From Candidatus Obscuribacteraceae bacterium (GTDB taxonomy: Bacteria > Cyanobacteriota > Vampirovibrionia > Obscuribacterales > Obscuribacteraceae): a stretch of DNA of 64,000 bases. Both the position numbers and the translations under genes were made by a program. Shown here in pieces: positions 18,880 to 27,936 of this stretch. The stretch covers positions 64,001-128,000 of the forward strand of contig JBGAHS010000011.1 in the NCBI GenBank assembly GCA_044226015.1. Direction: 5' to 3'. How positions within the stretch are numbered: position 1 is the stretch's first letter; every line of letters begins with the position of its first letter. The notes beneath the pieces are model-generated. The model was given only the letters and a program-made list of their open reading frames with translations. It made no database searches and had not been told where the DNA came from.

Positions 18880-18992
18880 ATTGCAGCCTATTTGAGGAAT
18901 TCTATGTCAGCAAAAGCACGCATGAGCTAAGGAACTTTCCAGCTGCCTGAGCGCCAGTGAACAAGTGCCCCATTTGCGCTCGAAGGATCACC

Positions 18993-19652
18993 ATGAAAGC
19001 ATTTACCAGCACTGTGACATTGTTGTGTGCGCTTACTCTGACAGTCAGCTCATCGTTAGCAGATACGGATAAAGCCACAGAAAAAGCCAATAAGGGTGAG
19101 AAATCAACGATTGTTCAGAAAGCCATGTCTCAAGGCAAACCAAATGCAACTCAGAGCGAATTGGATTCGTTGCAAGAAATGAAACCTATAAAAGGTATTC
19201 ATCCTATTAAGCGAGCCTTTCGCCCACTGGAAGAATTACAGTTGAAAGTGGTCGCATTGCAAGAAAGAGTTGCAGAATTACAAAAGCCAATTTCTGAACT
19301 GCATCCAGCGATGGTCACCCTGCAGAGCGATAGCGCAAGCGTCGATAAGAATCTCGGCGCAATGCAAGAAAAGTTGAACAATATGCGCCGAAGAATCGAC
19401 GGAGTCAGAGCCGACTTAGCTTCGATGCAAGTAACAATCGCTAAACTCCGCCCCCCGATTGTTGCTTTGAAAGGTCCCATGGAAGAAGTCGCGCGCCCAA
19501 TGCTAGCGGTGAGATCAGAATTGAATTGGATCATTGCCGCAATAGTAGCCGCAGCACTCGGTATTGCTGTGGGAACACCTTTGCTGGGATTCTTGATTTA
19601 TATGAATCGAAACAGACTATTTCCAGTCAGATACCAGACCCAACACGAATAA
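18993..19652 (+). CDS. Exported coiled-coil protein with a C-terminal TM anchor
   Basis: AAGGA RBS; signal peptide MKAF...SSLA; heptad region; hydrophobic C-terminus. Confidence 0.7.
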   Translation: MKAFTSTVTLLCALTLTVSSSLADTDKATEKANKGEKSTIVQKAMSQGKPNATQSELDSLQEMKPIKGIHPIKRAFRPLEELQLKVVALQERVAELQKPISELHPAMVTLQSDSASVDKNLGAMQEKLNNMRRRIDGVRADLASMQVTIAKLRPPIVALKGPMEEVARPMLAVRSELNWIIAAIVAAALGIAVGTPLLGFLIYMNRNRLFPVRYQTQHE

Positions 19653-19703
19653 AGTTTGAGCTAACTCCCACCTGCAAGAAATGAAAGCTGCCTGCACTGA
19701 CGA

Positions 19704-20378
19704 CTACTGAGCTGAGTCTGACTTCACTGACGATTCATTAGCGTTTTCAGATTTGTTTTCTGCTTTGTGTTTTCCGACCGAATGTTTCTCCGTTTTCACA
19801 CGGTTCTTGCTTTCAGCTTTGCTTTTCTTGCTCGATTTCGTCTCTGTCTTCGATTCATGTTTGCTCGAACTTTTCAGGCTTGATGCATCAGACCCTGACT
19901 CTTCAGCTCCATTAGGCTTCGAGCTGCTGTTCGCATCTGTTTTAGTCGCTGGTTCTGCTTTATCCACTTTCGAGGAACTAGCCGAAGCTCCAGCAGCTCC
20001 AGCACCCAAGACAGTGAAATCCAGATATGCAGTTCCATGTGAGAGATACCCGAGATCGTCGGCGGCTTTCCTTGAGAGATCCATAACCCTGGTCTTTACG
20101 TATGGACCTCTATCATTAACGCGAACTACGGCAGACTTTCCTGTTTTAGGATTCTCAACCATCACTTTAGTAATGAGCTTCAGGGTTTTGTGAGCCGCGC
20201 TGTGTTTGTTCATGTCGAAAATTTCGCCAGAAGCTGTCTTGCGTCCGTGAAAAGGTTTCCCATACCAGGACGCCGTGCCACTAAAAGCAGTGTCACTTGC
20301 CAAAGCCGAACATTGACTGCTTAAGCAAAAAACTGAGACTAACAACAGTCGCAAATTCATGTCGGAAACTGTCTCCAT
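19704..20378 (-). CDS. rlpA: RlpA-like (DPBB) septal lytic transglycosylase with a Ser/Lys-rich tail
   Basis: GTASWYG, TASGE, AAHKTL, VRVNDRGPY, DLSRKAA. Confidence 0.9.
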   Translation of the reverse strand: METVSDMNLRLLLVSVFCLSSQCSALASDTAFSGTASWYGKPFHGRKTASGEIFDMNKHSAAHKTLKLITKVMVENPKTGKSAVVRVNDRGPYVKTRVMDLSRKAADDLGYLSHGTAYLDFTVLGAGAAGASASSSKVDKAEPATKTDANSSSKPNGAEESGSDASSLKSSSKHESKTETKSSKKSKAESKNRVKTEKHSVGKHKAENKSENANESSVKSDSAQ

Positions 20379-20478
20379 GATGTCATCGTATAGAATACCA
20401 TCTTACAAACCTTGTGGTTCAAGTCATACAGGTTTTGAAATCACGCTATAATTTTGCGGTCTATATAAGAGAACGAAA

Positions 20479-22062
20479 ATGCAAAAAGGTTTCTGTCTGC
20501 AAATAGCACTGTTGTCCACTTTACTGCTTGGTCCTGTTGCGCTTTCTCAAGAAAATTCCCCGCAGACGGAAACGGTCAGTTCGGTAATCGTCTCGGCTGA
20601 AAAAGCTTACAAAGAGCGAAAGTTCGACGAAGCAAATGCTCTCTTCAGCAGGGCTCTTGATATGTCAAAAGGACTGACTGGACAGGAAACGGCCATAGGT
20701 AGCTGTTACAACGGTCTTGCGCTCATCGCCGAGGCACAAAAGCGATTTGATGACGCAGAAAAGTACTACCGCAGCGCTCTTGAAACCAAGGAAAGCGCAA
20801 AAGGAAAAGATAGCGCGGAACTTGTGCCGATTATTTTGAACTACGCAGACTTTGAGATGAAGCAAAAGAAGATTGCAGAGGCAGAGACATTACTGCGAAG
20901 GGCGTTGTCATTAAGAACAACAGAACAAAATTCAAACAAGTCCGAGCTTGGTGTAGTTCAGACAAAACTTGCCGCGGTTCTTGAATTAAAGGGCGCGGAC
21001 AACGAGGCTGAGCAACTTCTGCGTCAAGCATATGAAGAGCAGAGCAAAAATCCTGGAAAGGAATCAGCATCAACTGCGGTGGCAGCTGACAACCTCGCTA
21101 ATTTTCTTCGCAAACACGGAAAGGTCAACGAAGCGCTCCCGCTATACCAGGAAGCGCTTGACACGTTCACAAAGAAGTTTGGAGTCAACAGTCAGCCCGT
21201 TGCGGCTGCTATGACCAGTCTTTGTGCCATTCTGCGTGAACAACACAAATATGAGGATGCTGAACAATATGCTCGAGGCGCCGTATCTGCGCTCGAAAAA
21301 GCAGAGCCTGTCGAGGAAAAGGGATTGATAATCGCGCTGAGCAACTTATCGAAAGTCTTGCAAGAAGAAAGTAATTTTGATGAAGCCAAAACTGTCACCG
21401 AAGCTTTGATTCCCCGCATCGAAAAAGTGTATGGCGAAAAATCAGACAAATTAATGGCACCTCTTTCGGACCTTGCAGTTTTGTACAACATGGCGGGAGA
21501 CGCCAGTAAAGCAGAGGGTTTACTTGAACGTGCCCTTGATTGCGGCAAATCATCGCTGCCTGCAGGAGATCCTAAAATCGCGATCGCAATGGATAATCTC
21601 GGGCAACAGTATCAGGAAGATGCGAATTTCGACAAAGCATCCAGCCTATTCCAACAGTCATTCGATATGAACAAGGCAAGTTTTGGAGCAAATAGCAAAC
21701 AGGCAGCTGATTCTCTTGCAAATATTGCAATTCTAGACAAACAACAGGGCAAAGGTTCAACTGCGATCGATAACTTCAAGCAAATAGTTTCGATGAGAGA
21801 AAGCAGTCCTGACCAAAATCCTCTTTCGCTTGCTACTGATTTGAACAACTTAGCAAAATCGCTACGCGACAGCGGAAAGTACGGCGAAGCTGAACCCCTC
21901 TTCAAACGGGCCTTAGAAATTCGCGAAAAACAGCTGGGGTCAAACGACATGGGTGTGGCAGCGGTGCTGCGAAACCTCGCTATAAATCAGCGCCTGAAAG
22001 GTGATGCAAAACAAGCAGATCAGTTAGATGCACGTGCAGAAAAAATTGAAGATTCGCAATAG
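20479..22062 (+). CDS. Exported TPR protein (kinesin-light-chain-like repeats)
   Basis: Signal peptide; repeated LNNLA...G.Y.EAEPL..RAL motifs. Confidence 0.88.
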   Translation: MQKGFCLQIALLSTLLLGPVALSQENSPQTETVSSVIVSAEKAYKERKFDEANALFSRALDMSKGLTGQETAIGSCYNGLALIAEAQKRFDDAEKYYRSALETKESAKGKDSAELVPIILNYADFEMKQKKIAEAETLLRRALSLRTTEQNSNKSELGVVQTKLAAVLELKGADNEAEQLLRQAYEEQSKNPGKESASTAVAADNLANFLRKHGKVNEALPLYQEALDTFTKKFGVNSQPVAAAMTSLCAILREQHKYEDAEQYARGAVSALEKAEPVEEKGLIIALSNLSKVLQEESNFDEAKTVTEALIPRIEKVYGEKSDKLMAPLSDLAVLYNMAGDASKAEGLLERALDCGKSSLPAGDPKIAIAMDNLGQQYQEDANFDKASSLFQQSFDMNKASFGANSKQAADSLANIAILDKQQGKGSTAIDNFKQIVSMRESSPDQNPLSLATDLNNLAKSLRDSGKYGEAEPLFKRALEIREKQLGSNDMGVAAVLRNLAINQRLKGDAKQADQLDARAEKIEDSQ

Positions 22063-22080
22063 TCTATTAGAGAAAAACTC

Positions 22081-23259
22081 ATGTTTGAACTCTGGAATGC
22101 CACCACCAATGGTTTCATGCCCCACGGCTATTGCTTACGTTGGGATGGTCCCCTACTTTTCGTTTTCATTTTAGGCAACATTGGCATTGCCCTGGCATAT
22201 TTTCTCATTCCACTGGCACTGCGACATTTTGTCGGTAAGCGCAAAGATCTTCCTTACCCGCATATGTTCAAACTATTTGCCGCATTTATTCTTGCGTGTG
22301 GAATGACCCATCTAGTAAAAGTGTGGACTCTTTACCAACCTGTGTATTGGATAGAGGCACTGCTGGATTTGTGGACGGCGATAATTTCCATGGCGACAGC
22401 AGCCTTACTTTTCCCTCTCATTCCTAAGGCTCTTGCGCTAAGAAGCCCAAAGGAATTGGAGGAAGCCAATGCCACCCTTCAAGAGGAAATCAAAGAAAGA
22501 GAACGTGCTGAACTCGCAGCAGAAGCGGCAAGAGATGCAGCCATTCGCGCAAACCAACTGAAGTCAGAATTCATGGCTAACATCAGTCATGAAATTCGCA
22601 CCCCCCTCAGCAGCATGATTGGAATGGCTGAGTTGCTAACGTTTTCCCCTGAGCCAGAAGAGCAAAAGGAATTATCAGAGCTGCTTTTCGTGTCTTCAAA
22701 AAAGCTCTTGCTGGTATTAAATGACCTTCTTGATTTTGCGAAATTGGAATCAGGCAAAGTTGTGATTGACGAAGTGCCATTTTCAGTGAGAAAACTACTT
22801 GATGAAGTTTACGACCTTTTGAATACGGGCGCAAAAAAGAAAGGGGTGGAGTTCCTAATATCAGTGGATCCCGCCATTCCCGAACTGGTTTACGCAGATG
22901 AGGCGAAAATTCGCCAGGTTCTGATCAACCTTGCAAACAACGGCATCAAATTCACAAAAGAAGGCTATATCAAAATACTAGTGAATCTCGAACAAAAGGA
23001 AACAAACCTGGTTCTACTTTCATTTTCCGTTGAAGACAGCGGTATAGGCATTCCCTTGCAACAGCAAGAAACCATTTTCGAATCTTTCATTCAGGCAGAT
23101 GGTTCGATCAAACGCCAATACGGGGGCACGGGTTTAGGTTTAACGATTTCAAAACAATACGTTGAATTGATGAACGGTAGAATAAAATTGGAGAGTACCG
23201 AAGGCAAAGGCTCGATATTCTACTTTTTTATTCCGTGTAAACTAAAGGCGCAGCAATGA
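22081..23259 (+). CDS. Sensor histidine kinase with an ethylene-receptor-like 3-TM input domain
   Basis: AYFLIP, FAAFILACGMTH; H-box FMANISHEIRTP, N-box NLANNGIKF, G-boxes DSGIG and GGTGLGL. Confidence 0.9.
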   Translation: MFELWNATTNGFMPHGYCLRWDGPLLFVFILGNIGIALAYFLIPLALRHFVGKRKDLPYPHMFKLFAAFILACGMTHLVKVWTLYQPVYWIEALLDLWTAIISMATAALLFPLIPKALALRSPKELEEANATLQEEIKERERAELAAEAARDAAIRANQLKSEFMANISHEIRTPLSSMIGMAELLTFSPEPEEQKELSELLFVSSKKLLLVLNDLLDFAKLESGKVVIDEVPFSVRKLLDEVYDLLNTGAKKKGVEFLISVDPAIPELVYADEAKIRQVLINLANNGIKFTKEGYIKILVNLEQKETNLVLLSFSVEDSGIGIPLQQQETIFESFIQADGSIKRQYGGTGLGLTISKQYVELMNGRIKLESTEGKGSIFYFFIPCKLKAQQ

Positions 23260-23645
23260 TTAACTCATCAATCATTCTGATTGTCGAAGACGACGACAAT
23301 CTCCGCTTCCTTACTATCAGACAACTGAAGAAGCTAGGTTTCGCCTGTCATTTCGCCAGCGATGGACTCGAAGCCCTCGACATGGTCAGCAGACAGAAAT
23401 ATGATCTGATTTTGATGGACGTAATGATGCCAAAGCTTGATGGCTACGAAGCTACGCGCAAAATCAGAATTTACCAGCAGGAAAAGCAGCAAAACCGAAC
23501 ACCCATAGTCGGCATGACCGCCTACGGTACAGAGAACACCTGCATTGAGGCAGGCATGGACGCATACCTGCCTAAGCCTGTTCTTCTTCCGGACCTTCAA
23601 CTGACCCTGGAGAGTTTCCTCACAGATTCAGAGTCTCCCCAATGA
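23256..23645 (+). CDS. Single-domain response regulator
   Basis: VEDD, LMDVMMP, MTA, KP; overlaps the kinase stop codon. Confidence 0.9.
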   Translation: MINSSIILIVEDDDNLRFLTIRQLKKLGFACHFASDGLEALDMVSRQKYDLILMDVMMPKLDGYEATRKIRIYQQEKQQNRTPIVGMTAYGTENTCIEAGMDAYLPKPVLLPDLQLTLESFLTDSESPQ

Positions 23646-24219
23646 CACGACCATTGAACTTGTTCATGGCGTCCTGAATGCCATTGCTCTTCCATTCCTC
23701 AAAGGATTCCATGCTCACAGCTAAGACCTTATTGAGTAGTTCAGCTTCGGCCGGCGGAAACTTGGACAAAACATAGTGAGCACGCACAGCACCGCCGGGG
23801 TCAGGACCTATGCCTATTCTAAGTCGATTGAAATCAGGGTACCCCAGACAAGCCATAATTGACTCAATTCCATGGTTGCCCGCTGAGCCGCCCCCGCGTG
23901 CAAGCCTGATCACACCTAAATTCAAAGCAACCTCATCGTGCGCAACGATGAGATTTTTCCGCTCAATTTTGTAGAAATTCATGATTGCCGCAACTGCCTG
24001 CCCCGACAGATTCATGTAAGTCATTGGTTTGGCTAAAATCAAATCATCATTGCCATTCTTAAACTTTACAAGCTGGGCTTGCATGTTCTTTGAGCTTACG
24101 AGAGTGACACCGTATTTGGTAGCAAGTTCATCAATGAACATAAAACCAACGTTATGCCTTGTCATGTCATACCGAGGCTCAGGATTCCCCAGACCTACGA
24201 CCAGTTTTAATGACATCAA
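23620..24219 (-). CDS. pth: Peptidyl-tRNA hydrolase
   Basis: GLGNP, TRHNVGF, KPMTYMNLSG, GGSAGNHG, RLRIGIG. Confidence 0.95.
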   Translation of the reverse strand: MMSLKLVVGLGNPEPRYDMTRHNVGFMFIDELATKYGVTLVSSKNMQAQLVKFKNGNDDLILAKPMTYMNLSGQAVAAIMNFYKIERKNLIVAHDEVALNLGVIRLARGGGSAGNHGIESIMACLGYPDFNRLRIGIGPDPGGAVRAHYVLSKFPPAEAELLNKVLAVSMESFEEWKSNGIQDAMNKFNGRVIGETLNL

Positions 24220-24487
24220 TCACCCCTGACGGCTTCCTTTTAAGCGAATTTAAGCTAAGAGCCTGAAAGGAAGCAAAATCTAGCTAACGTACCTTCACAT
24301 GATAAATTATTTCCGAAATCCATCAAAGCAACCTCAGCAAAGATTGCGAGACAAAACGCCGAATTAATCAGATTTTTGCCAAGGCGCCCGGATGCGTAGC
24401 GCAGAAGCGTATGAACTAAAATTTGTACTATTCAAGGATGGAGCCGCCATCCCTTAGCAACATCATTCAGCAGGTGAAAACTTAGCA

Positions 24488-25897
24488 ATGTCAGAAAATA
24501 CGCACGAGAAAGAGAATTTTCCTTACTTGCCGCATACACGCGAAGACAGAGAGCAAATGCTCAAAAGCATTGGAGCAAAAACTCTGGAAGACTTGCTAAG
24601 CCATATTCCAGCTGAAGTCAGATTGAAAGAACTCAATATTAGCTCCGGTTTGAGCGAGCTCGAACTCAGTGAGTACATTAAGAGCCTCGCAGCAAAGAAT
24701 TGCTCAACCTCACAGCAGTCCTCATTTCTCGGAGCGGGATTCTACCGTCGCTACGTTCCATCAGTGGTTCCTTCCATGGTTTCACGCTCAGAGTTCGCCA
24801 CAGCATATACTCCATACCAGCCTGAAGTTAGCCAGGGCACACTACAGGCGATATACGAGTTTCAGACAGCAGTATGCCTTCTAACAGGCATGGAAGTAGC
24901 GAATGCTTCAGTGTACGATGGTCCGAACGCTTGTGCAGAAGCCGCTCTCATGTCTTCACGACTGACTAATCGCTCGCGTTCTCTAATCGCGTCAAGCGTC
25001 AATCCTGAATATGCGATGGTAACCAAAACCTATTTGGAAACTTGCGGTATGCAAGCCGAAACAGTTTCCCCCAAAGGTGCTTGCCTGAAAGCTAGCGATT
25101 TGAATTTGGCCGACGCAGCATGCATCATCGTTCAATATCCAAACTTCTTCGGTTGCCTGGAAGATCTAGATGAGCTGGCAAAAGCCGCGCATGATGCGGG
25201 AGCCCTCCTTGTCGTGGTGGCAGATCCGATACTTCTCGGCTTGCTTGAAGCTCCTGGAACATTTGGTGCAGACATCGTAGTCGGTGATGCACAACAATGC
25301 GGAAACGGTCTTTCTTACGGCGGTCCATCTGCCGGTTTCATGGCTACGAAAAATCAATATGTGCGTCAACTTCCAGGTCGTTTGTGCGGAATGACCGTTG
25401 ACTCGCGAGGACAGAGAGCGTTCACTCTGACATTGCAAACCCGTGAGCAACACATTCGTCGCGCAAAGGCCACTTCGAATATTTGCACGAACCAGAGCTT
25501 GAATGCGCTGACCATGCTGGTTTACCTCACCATGATGGGACCTGCAGGATTGAAGGACCTTTCTGAAATAAGTATGCTTCGAGCGCATCGCCTTGCTGAA
25601 TTGCTCACAAGCCTTCCCGGTGTGAAATTCAAATTTGACGCACCGTTTGTCAACGAATTCGTCATTGAGCTAGAACAACCGGTCGAAGCCGTTCTTGAAG
25701 GCCTCAAAGGCAAGGGAATTCTAGGTGGAGTGAACCCTGTACGCTCGCATCCAGAACTCAAAAACTGCCTGCTCGTCGCTGTTACCGAAATGAACACTGT
25801 TGCAGAAATAGAGCAGTACGGTGTCGCGATGAAGGAAGTTCTGGCTGGGTTGGCAAAATCAAAAGAAGGTGCCGCTGAAGTAGCTGGCTGCCGCTAA
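24488..25897 (+). CDS. gcvPA: Glycine dehydrogenase (decarboxylating) subunit 1
   Basis: YTPYQPEVSQG, NASVYDG, LQTREQHIRRAKATSNICTNQ; 469 aa, the size of the split form. Confidence 0.93.
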   Translation: MSENTHEKENFPYLPHTREDREQMLKSIGAKTLEDLLSHIPAEVRLKELNISSGLSELELSEYIKSLAAKNCSTSQQSSFLGAGFYRRYVPSVVPSMVSRSEFATAYTPYQPEVSQGTLQAIYEFQTAVCLLTGMEVANASVYDGPNACAEAALMSSRLTNRSRSLIASSVNPEYAMVTKTYLETCGMQAETVSPKGACLKASDLNLADAACIIVQYPNFFGCLEDLDELAKAAHDAGALLVVVADPILLGLLEAPGTFGADIVVGDAQQCGNGLSYGGPSAGFMATKNQYVRQLPGRLCGMTVDSRGQRAFTLTLQTREQHIRRAKATSNICTNQSLNALTMLVYLTMMGPAGLKDLSEISMLRAHRLAELLTSLPGVKFKFDAPFVNEFVIELEQPVEAVLEGLKGKGILGGVNPVRSHPELKNCLLVAVTEMNTVAEIEQYGVAMKEVLAGLAKSKEGAAEVAGCR

Positions 25898-25949
25898 AAT
25901 TTGCTGTTAGAAATACACGTTAGAGCTCTCGATTTGAAGGACTGCAGAA

Positions 25950-26756
25950 TTGGATAACAGAAACACGACCGAGACCGAGCCAGGAATTTCTGGTGCGCCG
26001 AAGGAGGCAGCTCCAAGCGAGCCCGGCAAGGGTTCAGGCTCACCAAACTCTGCAATAGGCTTCATTCGCGAATTGGTAGAACTCGTGGTAGTTACACTGG
26101 TTCTCTTAATTGCAATTCGCTGGGCATTTGCAGAAGCCCGGTACATACCGTCGAGTTCGATGGAGCCAACACTTCAAATTAACGACCGTATTCTAGTCGA
26201 AAAAATTTCCGGACACCTCAGAAGACCCTACCAACGCGGCGAGATTCTCGTGTTCTATCCGCCTCCATCGGAAATGCCAAACAAGAAAGACCTGAGCAAC
26301 GACCCCCTTTCAGTATTGGGACGCTTGACTGGTCTTCCATTTCTGCCTTACGAACCTGCATTCATCAAGAGAATTGTGGGGCTTCCAGGCGATACACTCC
26401 GTGTCGTTAAAGGGGTTGGAGTGTACATCAATGGACAGCTGCTTGAAGAACCCTATATAAAGGAAAAGCCTAACTACGATTTGCGAACTATGGGTGACAT
26501 TGGTATGACGGGGCGTATTGCATACGATGGTCGCCCTCAGATGAGCGCCGATCAAGCAGGTCAAGCCATAGTTATTGGAAAAGACCAACTCTTTATGATG
26601 GGTGACAATCGCAACAACAGTCAGGATAGCCACGTCTGGGGCTTTCTTGACCAGTCTCGAGTAATTGGTAGAGCGTTTCTGGTCTTCTGGAGAAAGCTTG
26701 ACCCACCGCCTTATCCTCTTAATCTTCAATCTGGTGACCCAGATGCTGGGCACTGA
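25950..26756 (+). CDS. lepB: Signal peptidase I
   Basis: IPSSSMEPTL (Ser), FIKRIVG (Lys), MGDNRNNSQDS. Confidence 0.92.
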   Translation: MDNRNTTETEPGISGAPKEAAPSEPGKGSGSPNSAIGFIRELVELVVVTLVLLIAIRWAFAEARYIPSSSMEPTLQINDRILVEKISGHLRRPYQRGEILVFYPPPSEMPNKKDLSNDPLSVLGRLTGLPFLPYEPAFIKRIVGLPGDTLRVVKGVGVYINGQLLEEPYIKEKPNYDLRTMGDIGMTGRIAYDGRPQMSADQAGQAIVIGKDQLFMMGDNRNNSQDSHVWGFLDQSRVIGRAFLVFWRKLDPPPYPLNLQSGDPDAGH

Positions 26757-26767
26757 GGATTACGAGT

Positions 26768-27658
26768 GTGCCTGGCGATGAGTTAAAACCGAAAATTATT
26801 CCGGAGACTGAAATTACGGTTGTTGAAGAAGCTCAGAAAAATGAGACTTTGAGTAGTTCAACACAACCAAATAAAGAAGCAGCTGCCCTACCATCATCAG
26901 GTCAGAAACCTGCAGCTCCGGAAACCAAAACGGAAACCAAAACGGAAGCCAAAGGCGATGACAAAGGCAAGACAGGTGCCAAAGGATTTATTCGGGAAGT
27001 TTTGGAAATTGTAGTAGTCACTCTGGTTCTGCTTATTGCTATAAGGGGAATTCTTGCAGAGGCTCGATTCATTCCTTCCAGCTCAATGGAACCCACCCTG
27101 CAAATAAATGATCGACTGCTAGTCGAGAAGGTTTCGGGCTGGTCCGGCAGACCGATTGAGCGCGGAGACATTCTCGTTTTTTATCCGCCACCAATCGAGC
27201 TAGGCGGTATAGATATAAAATACGATCCCTTGCATATACTCGGAAGACTTACGGGACTTCCCTTCCTACCCATCGACACCGCCTATATCAAACGAGTGAT
27301 TGGACTACCCGGCGATCAGGTTGAAGTGAGAAAAGGACTGGGAGTTCTAATAAATGGGCAGCTTTTGCCGGAAAACTATACTAAAGAAGCACCAAATTAT
27401 GATTTGAAAATTCTCGCTGACATCGGTGGACGCAACGCTGTTGGCGAAATTATCAGACCTTACGAAGATTCATCAGAACCGATTCTTGTTCCGCCCGGCA
27501 AACTTTTCATGATGGGTGATAACCGAAATAATAGTGCGGACAGCCATGTATGGGGTTTTGTTGATAAGAAGCGAGTCATCGGAAAGGGATTTCTCCTCTT
27601 CTGGAGGTACTTTGCTGGTGAAACATACAAAACAAGTAAGGACCTCATACTCGAATAA
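26768..27658 (+). CDS. lepB: Signal peptidase I (tandem paralog)
   Basis: IPSSSMEPTL, YIKRVIG, MGDNRNNSADS. Confidence 0.92.
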   Translation: MPGDELKPKIIPETEITVVEEAQKNETLSSSTQPNKEAAALPSSGQKPAAPETKTETKTEAKGDDKGKTGAKGFIREVLEIVVVTLVLLIAIRGILAEARFIPSSSMEPTLQINDRLLVEKVSGWSGRPIERGDILVFYPPPIELGGIDIKYDPLHILGRLTGLPFLPIDTAYIKRVIGLPGDQVEVRKGLGVLINGQLLPENYTKEAPNYDLKILADIGGRNAVGEIIRPYEDSSEPILVPPGKLFMMGDNRNNSADSHVWGFVDKKRVIGKGFLLFWRYFAGETYKTSKDLILE

Positions 27659-27936
27659 GCCCTAGAACAGAGGCTTTTAAGAGAACACTCAGAAGAGAAT
27701 TCAGAGCCGCATCAGTCTTTTGCGTGATTTCAAGCCCCTCCACAAAGCGGAGAGTCGGCATGTCAAGAGGCGAGATGGCTGAAAATCCTCACCCAATCAG
27801 GTGTCATGAAACTCAGTCACTTGAGGGATTTCCCGAAATTGGGCTTAGATTTTATGTTTTCATCCGTGAAATCAGAATTGTCTGGGTATAAATAAATGGG
27901 ACCGAATACGCCGTTTGCTTTTAGGGGAACTTCTTC

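Noticed and set aside
24300..24487. Possible glycine riboswitch upstream of gcvPA (GCGAGA...CGCCGAA, plus a hairpin near 24433-24455)
   Set aside because: The conserved GAAGG and CTCTCAGG elements are absent; an Infernal search would be needed to revive this
27660..27936. c-di-GMP riboswitch upstream of the HD-GYP gene
   Set aside because: No GEMM-type GCAAA/GAAA-tetraloop architecture was recognisable
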